The notes under the pieces are model-generated. The model worked only from the letters and a program-made list of their open reading frames with translations. It did no database searches and was not told the DNA's origin. Position numbers and translations under genes: made by a program. 36,728 bases of DNA, from NCBI GenBank assembly GCA_032718475.1, contig JAUCBJ010004878.1, positions 1 to 36,728 of the forward strand, read 5' to 3'. Below, piece after piece: positions 22,509 to 33,071 of the stretch (its first letter is position 1; every line of letters begins with the position of its first letter). Source of the stretch: Nemertoderma westbladi. Its lineage: Eukaryota > Animalia > Xenacoelomorpha.

Positions 22509-22990
22509 AAATCTGTAAATGGAAATGTTACATTCGAGCTTAGTAATTTGAAGATCGAATGTAACATAGTCAGATAGTTATAGGATCCAATAATGTAACA
22601 TACGGTAATTGCGGTTACGTTCGATACCCGATACGTAATAACTATGTGACATTCAATCATGATTACGTTCGGTCATGTACAGATGTATCCGATAGTGGAT
22701 AACTGCTAGAACCGTCTGACCGTAGGTTGGTAGGACTGTAGGAGTACCGGTAGTATAAGACTAACTACAGAACTAAACTAACTCAGTAACTACAAGCACA
22801 AGTACATTAGTCCAGAAGTCTGTTAGTATCATAGTAGCCTATGTACAGTTAGGACTTATGAACACTGGTCACTTTCTGGCTGAAGCTCAGCCAAAAATTG
22901 TCCACATATTTACAGCCAGAAAGTATCCGTGCAGCCACTATTTGTCCTTCACAGGCTGCGATTATATTTCCGGACATATCAGCATATTTT

Positions 22991-23135
22991 GGGGTGCTGG
23001 TCACCTCGCCGCACTGCCACTTCGCCGCAGGTCAACTCGCCGCAGATAATGTGAGGCGAGGTGTCTTTGCGGCGAGGTGTCTCACTGTGAATGCCATTTC
23101 GCCGCAAATTATCGGACACCTCGCCGCAAGTCAAT
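22991..23135. repeat. Cluster of TCGCCGCA motifs in both orientations (MITE-like end)
   Basis: Five tcgccgca and one tgcggcga within about 140 bp. Confidence 0.55.
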
Positions 23136-23448
23136 ATTAATCATTTATTTATATATTTACACAGGGAAGCCTAGTTATGCTGTTATGGCAGTATGGCATT
23201 GGACATTATGTATTATAAGAAGAAATAAAATAATACGGTCAGACGGTAAGGTTTGTTGTTCTATTATAATTACTGTATTATTATAGATACAGTAAGAGTA
23301 CCGGTATTTGAGTAACGTATTAAAAATGCCTCGAGAACGAGAATAGTAAAAAAAAAGTTATACTTTTTTCCCATGTAATAAATAATAATTTTTTGGAATT
23401 TCTTAAATTTGTCCTGGCGATTTGGTAGTGCGATATTAATTCCACACA

Positions 23449-24007
23449 TGTGACGGGATCCGAGAATCCCGATTTATCCGGTTATTTTATTTACGCGTCC
23501 CGCCGTGTGAAAAGAGTTCGTTAAGAGTTCTGGTGTTGTTAATTGTTCAATAGGTATATAATATAAATGATAAATGGATAAAGTATAAGCACAGTCAGAT
23601 GGTAATAGATACTGGATACTGCATAAAGTGAATGATGGCGGCAGTAGACGGTAGTAAAAGTCGCCGTCCTGCCGTAACTGAACTGACTGACTAAAGTGAA
23701 TAAATGAGACTGTAACTGGTAATATGTATTGCACTGGTTGGCCGTATTACATTACTCAGTGGATGCCTGCCCCCCATTGGCTAATAACTCACTTCTCGCC
23801 TCCCACCTATCTGGGAGTGTTTTCCCCTTGCTAGGCCTACTTGTCATTCTCTCTCTCTTAGAGGTATAACCTTTGGCCCCCTTTGTGTGTGTGTCCTTTG
23901 GGGTTTCTCGTCCCCGTTTATTGGGGTGATACGAGGTTGATTGGCAATCAACCTCGTGCTCACAATATTGCTTTGTGGGGTGGCTAGCGGAATTGAATTC
24001 GCTAACA
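23449..24007. mobile_element. Solo LTR (559 bp)
   Basis: Termini TGTGA...TAACA flanked by the 5-bp direct repeat ACACA (23444-23448 and 24008-24012); no internal coding region. Confidence 0.75.
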
Positions 24008-24589
24008 ACACAATTAAATAAAATAGGTAATGTAAGAAATTAAAAAAATTATAATATTTAATGCAATATTATTGATTATTATTAATGTCTTGGAAATTAA
24101 TTTGAAATGTAATTCGACCATAATTTTGCTCTTAACAAAAAAAGTGACTGACAACAAATATAAGTATATCAATCCACTAAGAACATTACATTTGTAATTA
24201 AGATTTAACATAAACATACAGTATTAATTACTGTATTAATCTTAGGCAGTGATTTTTTATGTCAATTTATTTGACTTTTTTTGTCAATTTTTTTTTACGA
24301 ATTATGCATAATGACTTTTGTTGTCCATTTAATGACTTTTATTGTCAATTTTTATGTATGTATTTCTTCAAACTGTCAGACTGCTGATTTCTGGACTGTC
24401 AGACAGTTGATTTCACTATGCCTGTGCCAAAACATTCCATGATTCCATGATTTATAGATTATGAGATAGATTTCCATATGCGCCTGTGGTAAAAAGACTC
24501 TATATTTAATAGTTTGTGGTTGTTGTCGATAATCGATTACCACATGACGTAGCAAAACACTCATTTTATAGCCAAAAACAATTACCAAT

Positions 24590-25107
24590 TGATGGAAAGG
24601 AGCAGGTTAAGGCCGAGTTTTCTAACCAAAACAATAAACAGTCACTTTACCAAATCAGGGAAAGGAGCAGGTTACAGAGACGGGATTTTCGAACCAAAAC
24701 AATAAACGATAACATTACCAATTGAGGGAAAGGAGCAGGTTACAGAGGCGGCATTTCCTAACCAAAACAATAAACGATCACTTAAACTAATTGAGGGAAA
24801 GGAGCAGGTTACAGAGGCGGGATTTTCTAACCAAAACAATAAACAGTCACTTTACCAAATCAGGGAAAGGAGCAGGTTACAGAGACGGGATTTTCTAACC
24901 AAAACAATAAACGATCATTTAACTAATTGAGGGAAAGGAGCAGGTTACAGAGACGGGATTTTCTAACCAAAACAATAAACGATAACATTACCAATTGAGG
25001 GAAAGGAGCAGGTTACAGAGGCGGGATTATCTAACCAAAACAATAAACGATCATTTAGCTAATTGAGGGAAAGGGGCAGATTACAGAGGCGGGATTTTCT
25101 AACCAAA
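24590..25107. repeat. Minisatellite, 8 copies of a ~68-bp unit derived from the dispersed module
   Basis: gaaagg.gcag starts at 24595, 24660, 24728, 24797, 24865, 24933, 25001 and 25069. Confidence 0.95.
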
Positions 25108-26635
25108 CTGTCAACGTCTGAGAATGTACGAATCCGTATATACCCTTTATTGGACGAACCTCTTGGCCGTCCGACTCTTTGGGCTAAAAACGGGTCGTTG
25201 TTTTCGCTATCATTGTGACTACCGGTATCAAACGGTAACGGGGTATAACATGTATAAGTAGTTTTTTCGAGTACGGATGAGTTTATGAACTGATCTGTGC
25301 TGTTGGAAGTAGTGGTGCCGCTATCCGTAACACTACTCAGACAGTAGTCATGATCCATTATTGATTATAAAACTATTACAGTAATAGGCCTAAATTATGT
25401 GAAAGATATATCCACATTTTCCACAATCCAGTTTCGCCTATCAATTATTTAAAATTTATTAGCACAACCGGTAGGCCTACCATTACCGTATTTAAATGGT
25501 AGGCTACACAGTAGGCCTATAGCAGTACCAGTGCCGGTACCGGTACTAAAATACAGAATAACATTAGACTTTTGGATGACATAAAAAATCAAAAAAAATT
25601 GACAAAAAAAGGATAAAAATGGACAATAAAAATTATTGTGTTAATCTTATTACATTATGTTGCCTTACTTCCGTTTCCGTCGTAACTCCACTAGTCTGCC
25701 AGTCTGCTAGTAGGCCTACCGTACTCAAAGCAGAAACTGAGCACATAATGTGACAATTTTTATTTTTAATATTAATGATAGGTATCCCAACGATGAGATT
25801 CTAATTCTCAAATTAATTTATACAGAATTTTATGGCGATTCTAATGGCATAATTTTTAGAATGCCAATGTTAAAATTTCACTGCCGGTTTTCAAATGAAA
25901 TTTAGCATTGTTTTCTATGGAGAAATTTCACTCTGAGAGCGTTTTCCGCGGACACATTCTGGCTGTAAATTGGACATATTGTGATGTGACCAGTGTTCCT
26001 GCTGTCCTGACTGATGTACAGAGTTCAGTCAGACAGTACTGCAGTAGCCCTAGTACCGGTACAGATTGCAGATGTAGGCCTTTACACTTTATCAGTTTAT
26101 AGCAGTTTCTTTTTGTCACTGTCTGACTGTTCAGTTTGGCGAAATTTAACTGTTCTGTAAGCCGGACTGCCGGAAGCAGCCTGGCCAGCTGGCAGCGTAG
26201 CAGAAGTGCTTGTCAGCTTGTGTTTTACACGAATTGGTACATTTTTCAGTTTTTAGCACAAGCGAGGGGAGCAGGCAGCAGGGTGCAGGGAGTGTTGAGT
26301 TTTAAGGCAGGAATAAATATATAAATAAACATTAGATTAGGCCTAATTCATTACCTGTCAGCCGGTAAGATAAAAATGTATTAAAGTTACAGTAATAATT
26401 AATATAATTGTATATAATATATAATATATTTTAATATATATAATAATATATATAATATAGGCCTATATATAATATACATATACATAATATAAATGTAATT
26501 AATATACCAGTATACATTCTGACAGTAGGCTAGTACAAGTCTGATAGTACTGTAGTAGGCCTAGTACAGTAGTAACAATTATTAACAATACCAGCATACA
26601 GTTGACAAGACGTTCCATACAGGAATATTGACAGA

Positions 26636-26925
26636 TTGATCCGTGAATAACCAATCAGCTCACGGATCAAATTTCCTGTTTTTATACAGGAGTTTTTGAT
26701 CCATTCAAAAGGAGTTGTCCAAAAAAAAGGAGCAGGTTAGAAAAGGAGCCGGTTACAGAGGCGTGTTGAGGGAACCAAAACAATAAACGAAAGTTAACAC
26801 ATGTTAGGCTACAATATTATGCTGGTCTTTTTAATTATGGCGTCTTGGGTCTTTGGAAATATCAATAATTCCTGCATGAAAACAGGAAATTTGATCCGTG
26901 AGCTGATTGGTTATTTACGGATCAA
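26636..26925. mobile_element. Small inverted-repeat element; each arm is itself a hairpin around a CCAAT box
   Basis: ttgatccgtgaataaccaatcagctcacggatcaaatttcctgtttt (26636) pairs with aaaacaggaaatttgatccgtgagctgattggttatttacggatcaa (to 26925). Confidence 0.8.
26725..26807 (-). repeat. Dispersed ~75-bp module, copy 3
   Basis: aaaggagccggttacagaggcgtgttgagggaaccaaaacaataaacgaaagttaacacatgtta. Confidence 0.85.
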
Positions 26926-27319
26926 TATTTCAGTTTTCTTACAGTTGTTCTACAAGTGTGGACCAACATACAGTTAATAAGGTATTTTTGAATGAAGGAT
27001 ATTAGATATTACATTATTAGGCCTATGGCCTACCAGATCCAATACTTCTCGCTGCCATTTTTTTCGTTCTTTTCATTCTTTACATTGCAGCCTACTATCC
27101 TATCTGTAAATATGTGACAAGGGTCGAAATTCCGTACCGAAAATCGTTGAATTTACGTTGTACTGTAATAAAATAATAGAGATTATTGTTAGATTATTTC
27201 GTATTTTGTATTGATTCGTTCATACTCAGGGATACCATATTACACATCCGAACATTCTTACATGTGATGAAAAAATTATATTCATAGCCCTAATAGATTG
27301 GCAAGTAATAATTACAATA

Positions 27320-27799
27320 ATGATAATCCTGTTGATGGGTGTCTCTGGGTCAGGTAAATCCGCTGTTGGTATAAAACTGGCGGAGGTTCTCGGCTGGAAC
27401 TTTTACGATGCAGATGATTTTCACCCTCAGACCAACATAGACAAGATGGGTCTCGGTGTTCCTTTAACAGACAGCGACAGGTGGCCCTGGCTGGGGATCT
27501 TGGCAGGCCTAATAAGGAACGCACAAGATCATATGATCGTCGGGTGCTCCGCATTGAAACAATCCTATAGAGATATACTAGTTGCCAGGAACTCCAATGT
27601 GAGAATCGTTTATTTAAAGGGCGACTTTGAGATAATCAAACTCCGCCTCGAAGCACGAGAAGGACATTTTTTAAAAGCAGCAATGCTAGCAAGTCAATTC
27701 AACGACTTGGAACCTCCTACAGACGCTATTACTGTTAGTATTGATGGAACCCTAGATGAGATTGTAAACCAAATTCGATTAGAATTACATCAGATATAA
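27320..27799 (+). CDS. IDNK: Gluconokinase (GntK/IdnK family), intronless, 159 aa
   Basis: P-loop MGVSGSGKS, DADDFHP..N..KM..G.PLTD.DR.PWL, CSALK.SYRD.L, R.GHF, SQF..LE.P; complete frame. Confidence 0.95.
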   Translation: MIILLMGVSGSGKSAVGIKLAEVLGWNFYDADDFHPQTNIDKMGLGVPLTDSDRWPWLGILAGLIRNAQDHMIVGCSALKQSYRDILVARNSNVRIVYLKGDFEIIKLRLEAREGHFLKAAMLASQFNDLEPPTDAITVSIDGTLDEIVNQIRLELHQI

Positions 27800-27906
27800 C
27801 GATACCATGAGAAAAATTACGTGATATACTGTACTGTACGTGGTGCGACATGGTATTCCTTTAGTAGAGTCGGGGGCGTATTCACAATCCTTACCCTACA
27901 CGCCTA

Positions 27907-28815
27907 CACTATGTCCTGGAATATAGTGTCATTATTCAAGTACCTGGAGACCCCCCCCCCCCCCCCCCCCCCCAAAAAAAATTTTTTCTACAAATCTTAA
28001 TGAGATTGCAGGAAATTTGAAACAGATATAGTTTCACCTCCGTCCTCCTTGCTGGGTGAGCCAGAATGTGTATTTTTGCTTTCATTCTTTAGCTACAAGC
28101 GTTTGAAAAAGGTGTCCCCGGTGATATTTCACCAGTTACACTGCAGTTATTCATGAACCTTATTGTGATTTGTTGGTAGAAATAGAAAGCTAACCATGCA
28201 AGGATTCCAAAAATGTGAAAATATTAGTTGGGAAATAGCTGAGATATGAGCGTATACAGTATCTGCGCGAGGCTGTTTTATTCTATTAAATAAAAACACT
28301 ATATTCTAGAACATTTTGTTTATGTATGAATAGCTACATAATAGTATGTTTAAAGAAGCATTGCATTGTTGCCAAGATACGTTTGGGATAAACAAAATGT
28401 TCCAGAATATGATGTATTTATTAAATAGAATAAATGGCGTGCAGGGGAAGCAAATACATGCAACTTTTGAACGCCCATATCTCAGCTATTTCTCAACCAA
28501 ATTGAAATGTTTTTACATTTCTGGAATCCTTGCACGGTCAGCTTTTATTGGTACCAACAAATCGCGATAAGGTTCAAGAATAACTGCAGTTTAACTGGTG
28601 AAAAATCACCGGAGACACCTTTTTCAAACGCGTGTAGCTAAAGATTAAAACCAAAAATAAAAATTCTGGCTCACCTACGGAGCAGGAGGGAGGTGAAACT
28701 ATTTCTGTTTCAAATTTCTCATTAAGATTTGTAGAAAAAAAATTTTTTTGGGGGGGGGGGGGGGGGTGGGTCGAGGAACTTAAATAACTACGACACTATA
28801 TTCTAGGACATAGTG
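27907..28815. mobile_element. Foldback non-autonomous DNA transposon, ~415-bp arms, termini CACTATG...CATAGTG flanked by TA
   Basis: ta|cactatgtcctggaatatagtgtc pairs with gacactatattctaggacatagtg|ta. Mirrored poly-C/poly-G and internal blocks pair as far as the loop at about 28323-28387. Confidence 0.9.
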
Positions 28816-29729
28816 TACAGTAGGAACACCTCTTGAATCGGCGACTGGGATTGGTTAATAAGCTATACTTTGATTGGATTTTGAAATCATGTAAGGAATG
28901 GATTTACTCAGGAGGCAGTATATAATGTTCCAAACGCTGTAATGAATGGAGACAGTGTGCGAAATTATGTAAGGAATATTCCCCTAGGTCGGTAAATATG
29001 AGTAGATATTATAATACATCCCAATTAAAAATGTAACAACTACACTGTTCATTATAGGGTGAGAAGTTAAATAATCATTGTATAACTAAAGGATTCACAA
29101 ATTTCAGTTCGGATGATTTTTCAGATCAAATAAATTGTAATAATGAAGTAAGAAATGTAGAATTAAATTAATGATGGGGGGGGGGGGGGGGGGTAACCGA
29201 CCGATGGACAGACTAGATTTTTTCACACGAAATATACTACTCTACTCCTCCGCCATTTCTTAACCGTTTTCTGCAATTTTTGATTTATATGAAGGTAATT
29301 TCATAAGCTTCAATTAATTGCGACCAGTTTTCTTGATTTCGTAATATTTCCCCATTTTTTAATAAAAAATTCGAAACTTTTGTAAAAAATTTTTTTTTTA
29401 ATTTTAACTTTATTTTTACAAACTTGCCAATTATCAGAAATAGAAAATGAAAATACAAAAAGTGGTCGAAAAATATGATGAAAATGACCATGCTGGTTCC
29501 AACAAAATGTGGTATCGAAAAATAAAAATGAACAATAACGGAGGAGTAGTGTTTTTAGCGAATTTTTTAAATATCACGACAGCCGCTAGGGGGCGACAAA
29601 AACATTTTTTTTAATTTCCATTTTAATGTAATGAGTTATAGTAAAATGAAGCCACGGCGATAAAAACACTGATTACATTATAGTTTGTAATAAAAATAAT
29701 TGTTGTAAATCAAATGCAAATTAAAATAG

Positions 29730-30985
29730 TACTTATTTCCACTGCTCACATTATATGTAGCATAGCTGCCCAATTTGTTCTTATATTCTTATATTTTTTT
29801 TAATATAACAATTTCACAGTTAAATGTATACAATTAAACAACAATATTAAAACTGCATACTACTATTATACTTAGACTACTTGATACCCCCCCCCCCCCC
29901 CCCCCCCAGCCACAGACTCCACTACTAAATACTATAGCCACTTCCTAAGCGCCAACATTTCCGAACACAGTAGCATGGCTTATTTTGTGCTAGAAAATAT
30001 ATTAGTTTTAATACTTAATTTTTTATTTTAATGTCATAATTTTTTTTTAAGTTTTTTTTTTTTTTTAATTATGCTTATTAATGCTACAAACATTTTTTTG
30101 CAGTAGTATGGTATAATACTACACAATTTATTTGTCTAGATTTGCCAGTTTTGGTTGAGTATTAATTGACGGCTGATTGACCTTACTTTATTTTTGCTGT
30201 AATGGTTGCCGTATACATAATAGGAATAGGATAGATGTAATATTTTTTATTGTATGTTTATAGAATGTGTATTTCATGGAATATACAGTACGGTACAGAG
30301 TTATTGGAGATTGATAAGGTATGTCTTTAGAAGTTTTTTTACTTTGCATAACGATTTTGAGGTTTGAATTTCGGCCGGTATGATGTTCCATAGTTTGACT
30401 GCCTGATATGATATAGTGGATTTTCCGTAGTTCGTTTGATAAAGTGGGAGCCGATAGTGGTGGTTTTGTGCCGCGCGAGTTGGATACTTCTTATGTACAG
30501 TACTTATTGGAACTAGGGTTGATTTAAGTCCTTCTGGAAGATGTTGGAGTCCTAATCGATGACGGAAAATGTACAGTAAACAACGATACTTATAGAGTGA
30601 TTTAAGTTTTAGTATGTTTACATTTTTAAACAACTCATGGGTAGGAAAGTTATATGGTTTTAAAAAGATAATTCGGATGTATCTCTTTTGTAGTTTAATT
30701 AACTGGTTTAGAACTGTATCGTGTTGAACATCATGACAATTACCCCAGGCTGTTAAGGCAAAGGAAATATGGGACTCGATCAATGTGTGATAAAGACTTA
30801 ATCTGATTTTAAATGGTATGAAGTGTTTGATTTTATTTATTATCCCAATATTTTTTGATATTTTAACTCTGATGTGATCGACGTGCCTATTCCACTTTAA
30901 ATTTTCACTAATGTAAATACCCAGGAATTTTATATGATGTACTTGTTCAATTTTGCAACCTCCGATTTTTAAATATTTTCCTAAT
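29730..30985 (-). mobile_element. 5'-truncated CR1/L2-type LINE: ORF2 C-terminus (about 30301-30985, open frame) plus 3' UTR
   Basis: IEQVHHIKFLGIYISENLKWNRHVDHI..KISKNIGII...LYHTLIESHISFALTAWG...LQKRYIRII...YPTR...SYQAVKLWN. The 3' boundary is approximate. Confidence 0.85.
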
Positions 30986-31980
30986 GATGATTGGTGATTG
31001 TTTCACTTACAGTAGTGCTGGGACAACTATGGCTAAGTTGGTTAATAGAAAGCATCACGTCTGCAGAGTAACACAAAGTCAAAGTTACATTTTACAGGGA
31101 TCTCGTATTTTCCATGTTTAATGGTTTTTTCAATCGTATTTTCCACTTTATCACATTGATTAGAATCACTAATTCATAGGCAACACAAAGTCATTTATAT
31201 CCGTCACAAGACAAGGGAATACTCTTGTTGCGTAGTGTGTGGGTGTCAAAAACAACCTCATCCAAACCATAATTCTTTCTACACATCGAATGAGCCGTAT
31301 CTTTGGTATAGACTTTGCTGTTAATGTGTAATGTAACTGTTAGTGTTTGGTATTTTGGTTTTATATCCGTTCCCTTTCCAGTTTACCCATAATCATTGTT
31401 TCTAAAGACACACCGATACATTATATTTACTTATACTTATCTGTTTGTTTGTGCTGCTGTAAGTGATAATTTCGTTTTTGTGATTGTGATCTTTCCCACT
31501 TAGATTAAATAGAATTAGATAAAATTCTAATTAAATAGATTTAATAAAAATTAAATAAATTAGATTAAATAAAAAATTGTAAAAGATAAAAATATAGTTC
31601 CTTAAAATAACTTAATACAATTTATAATAAAATATTATAAACATCTTCTAGAAATATCGTATGTTTGTCAATAAGAAGGATATTATATTGCACCTTAACT
31701 TAGTCGAGCGCCTAAGAAGGAACAATTTTGAAGAAAATAATATTATTTTCGTATACTTACGTATTGCTATTGGTGGCGAGACGATGATAAAAGTATAGGA
31801 AGCTGTAATGTTTGTAGGCCTACGTAGGAATTGAACAATTAGTTTAATGTTATTTACGTTTAATAATTAATCAACGTTTTTACTACCAAAATAATAAATA
31901 AATGATTTCAAGTTTACATAATAATATCATGAATAATAATAGATACGATAGCACCGAATAAAACTGCAATATTTCATGAA

Positions 31981-33071
31981 TTATATTAAATTAGCACTTG
32001 CTACATATTTCCTATACAATTCCTTGTCTTTGGCCGATATCTCAAAAGTATCCCCGTTGGCCAATCCAACGTACTTCCTATAAACAGACCTAGTCGAGGT
32101 GCTTATAGGTTTTATATTAACGCAGTAGGAACTGTCGGTGTAAACATTGGCACTGCGGTTGTGTTCAGGGTGGGAACATATTCTGTCTGGGGAGGTGGAA
32201 CGGTTTGCCTCTGAAGGAGGGGTTTTCTGTACCACCGAATAACTGGGTTTCTGTGCCATTAAGGAACGGGCGTTCTGTGTCTCTGGGGAACGAGTGTTAT
32301 ATGCTATTGTAGAACGAGTGTACTGTGTAACTTGGTAACTAGTGTTCTTTGCTACTTCCGAGTGAGTTTTCTCTCCAGCTGGCAACCCAATATCTCTTCC
32401 AGCAGTCCCAGTAAACATTCCGGCCCGAACCCCCATCGCGACGTAGTCTCGGTAGACCTCCAGACTGGCCTCTGACGGACGACCAACGGCGACCCCATAG
32501 GTCTGCAGCATCGCTGGGAAACACTCGTCCAGCGAGCGCGAGGAACGTTCCACCGCGCGTTCCGAACCCATATCTGAGTCCTCGGAACTACTGCTGCTCG
32601 CCGCGCCGTCGGTGTCATCGTCGGTCGGACGCGGGTCCGCCGACAGACCGCCGACGCTGGCCATCCGCACCTCCACGGGACGCCGCCTACCGGAGACGCC
32701 CCGAACTTTAAACGGACTGAGTTGGGCGTAGTAGCCGGTCGGATGGGCCCCGCCCGGCGTCCGCTGCGAACGGAGGATCTCCAACTCGAACCGCGTCGCG
32801 AGTGACGTCATCTCGTAGGGTCTGTAGAACTCCATGTATGCGGAGACCACGGGGTCACTAGAGGGGGCGACCACCGTGGCCAGACACCCCGAGGTTGACT
32901 TTTGGACCTCGTCCAGCGGACGAGGCAACGCGGCCATAGTCTCGTCGTCGCACCACCGGTTGCACGCTGGCCGCGGCGTTGGTCCCAGACTAAGGGACTG
33001 CGGGTAGTGCAGATACACGTCGGTAGTCATGTCCCACAGATGTTCTTTCCCGTGCTCCGGTACAAATTTAC
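31981..33071 (-). CDS. FIG4: Terminal coding exon of FIG4 (PI(3,5)P2 5-phosphatase, Sac3)
   Basis: Acceptor tcgttccag, then (G)KFVPEHGKEHLWDMTTDVYLH, matching FIG4 [22 protein letters not shown]. Also LPRPLDEV, EFYRPYEMTS, SPFKVR, SSSSEDSD and a terminal LYRKYV. Upstream exons were not found in the window. Confidence 0.88.

Larger units (their letters stand above)
21232..22674. mobile_element. MITE with ~150-bp inverted repeats rich in tcgaatgtaac (may extend to 21138-22705)
   Basis: gaccgaacgtaatc...aattactaagctcgaatgtaacat (21232-21375) pairs with atgttacattcgagcttagtaatt...gattacgttcggtc (22525-22674). Confidence 0.8.

Noticed and set aside
24590-25107. CRISPR-like repeat-spacer array
   Set aside because: The linkers are only 17-18 nt, related to each other and reused; the context is eukaryotic with no cas genes.
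22435-26807. A single 4.4-kb transposon bounded by inverted copies of the 75-bp module
   Set aside because: Each copy lies between the arms of a different inverted-repeat element, so the boundaries would interleave. There is no clear TSD or transposase.
27034-27058. Minus-strand MAARSIGS(G)|gt as SSR4 exon 1
   Set aside because: It has no hydrophobic core, and 20964-21036 provides a proper in-phase signal peptide. It could still be an upstream non-coding exon.
31190-31385. Minus-strand open stretch TGKGTDIKPKYQTLTVTLHINSK...
   Set aside because: No start codon, splice context or recognisable motif; it may be TE debris and cannot be supported without a search.
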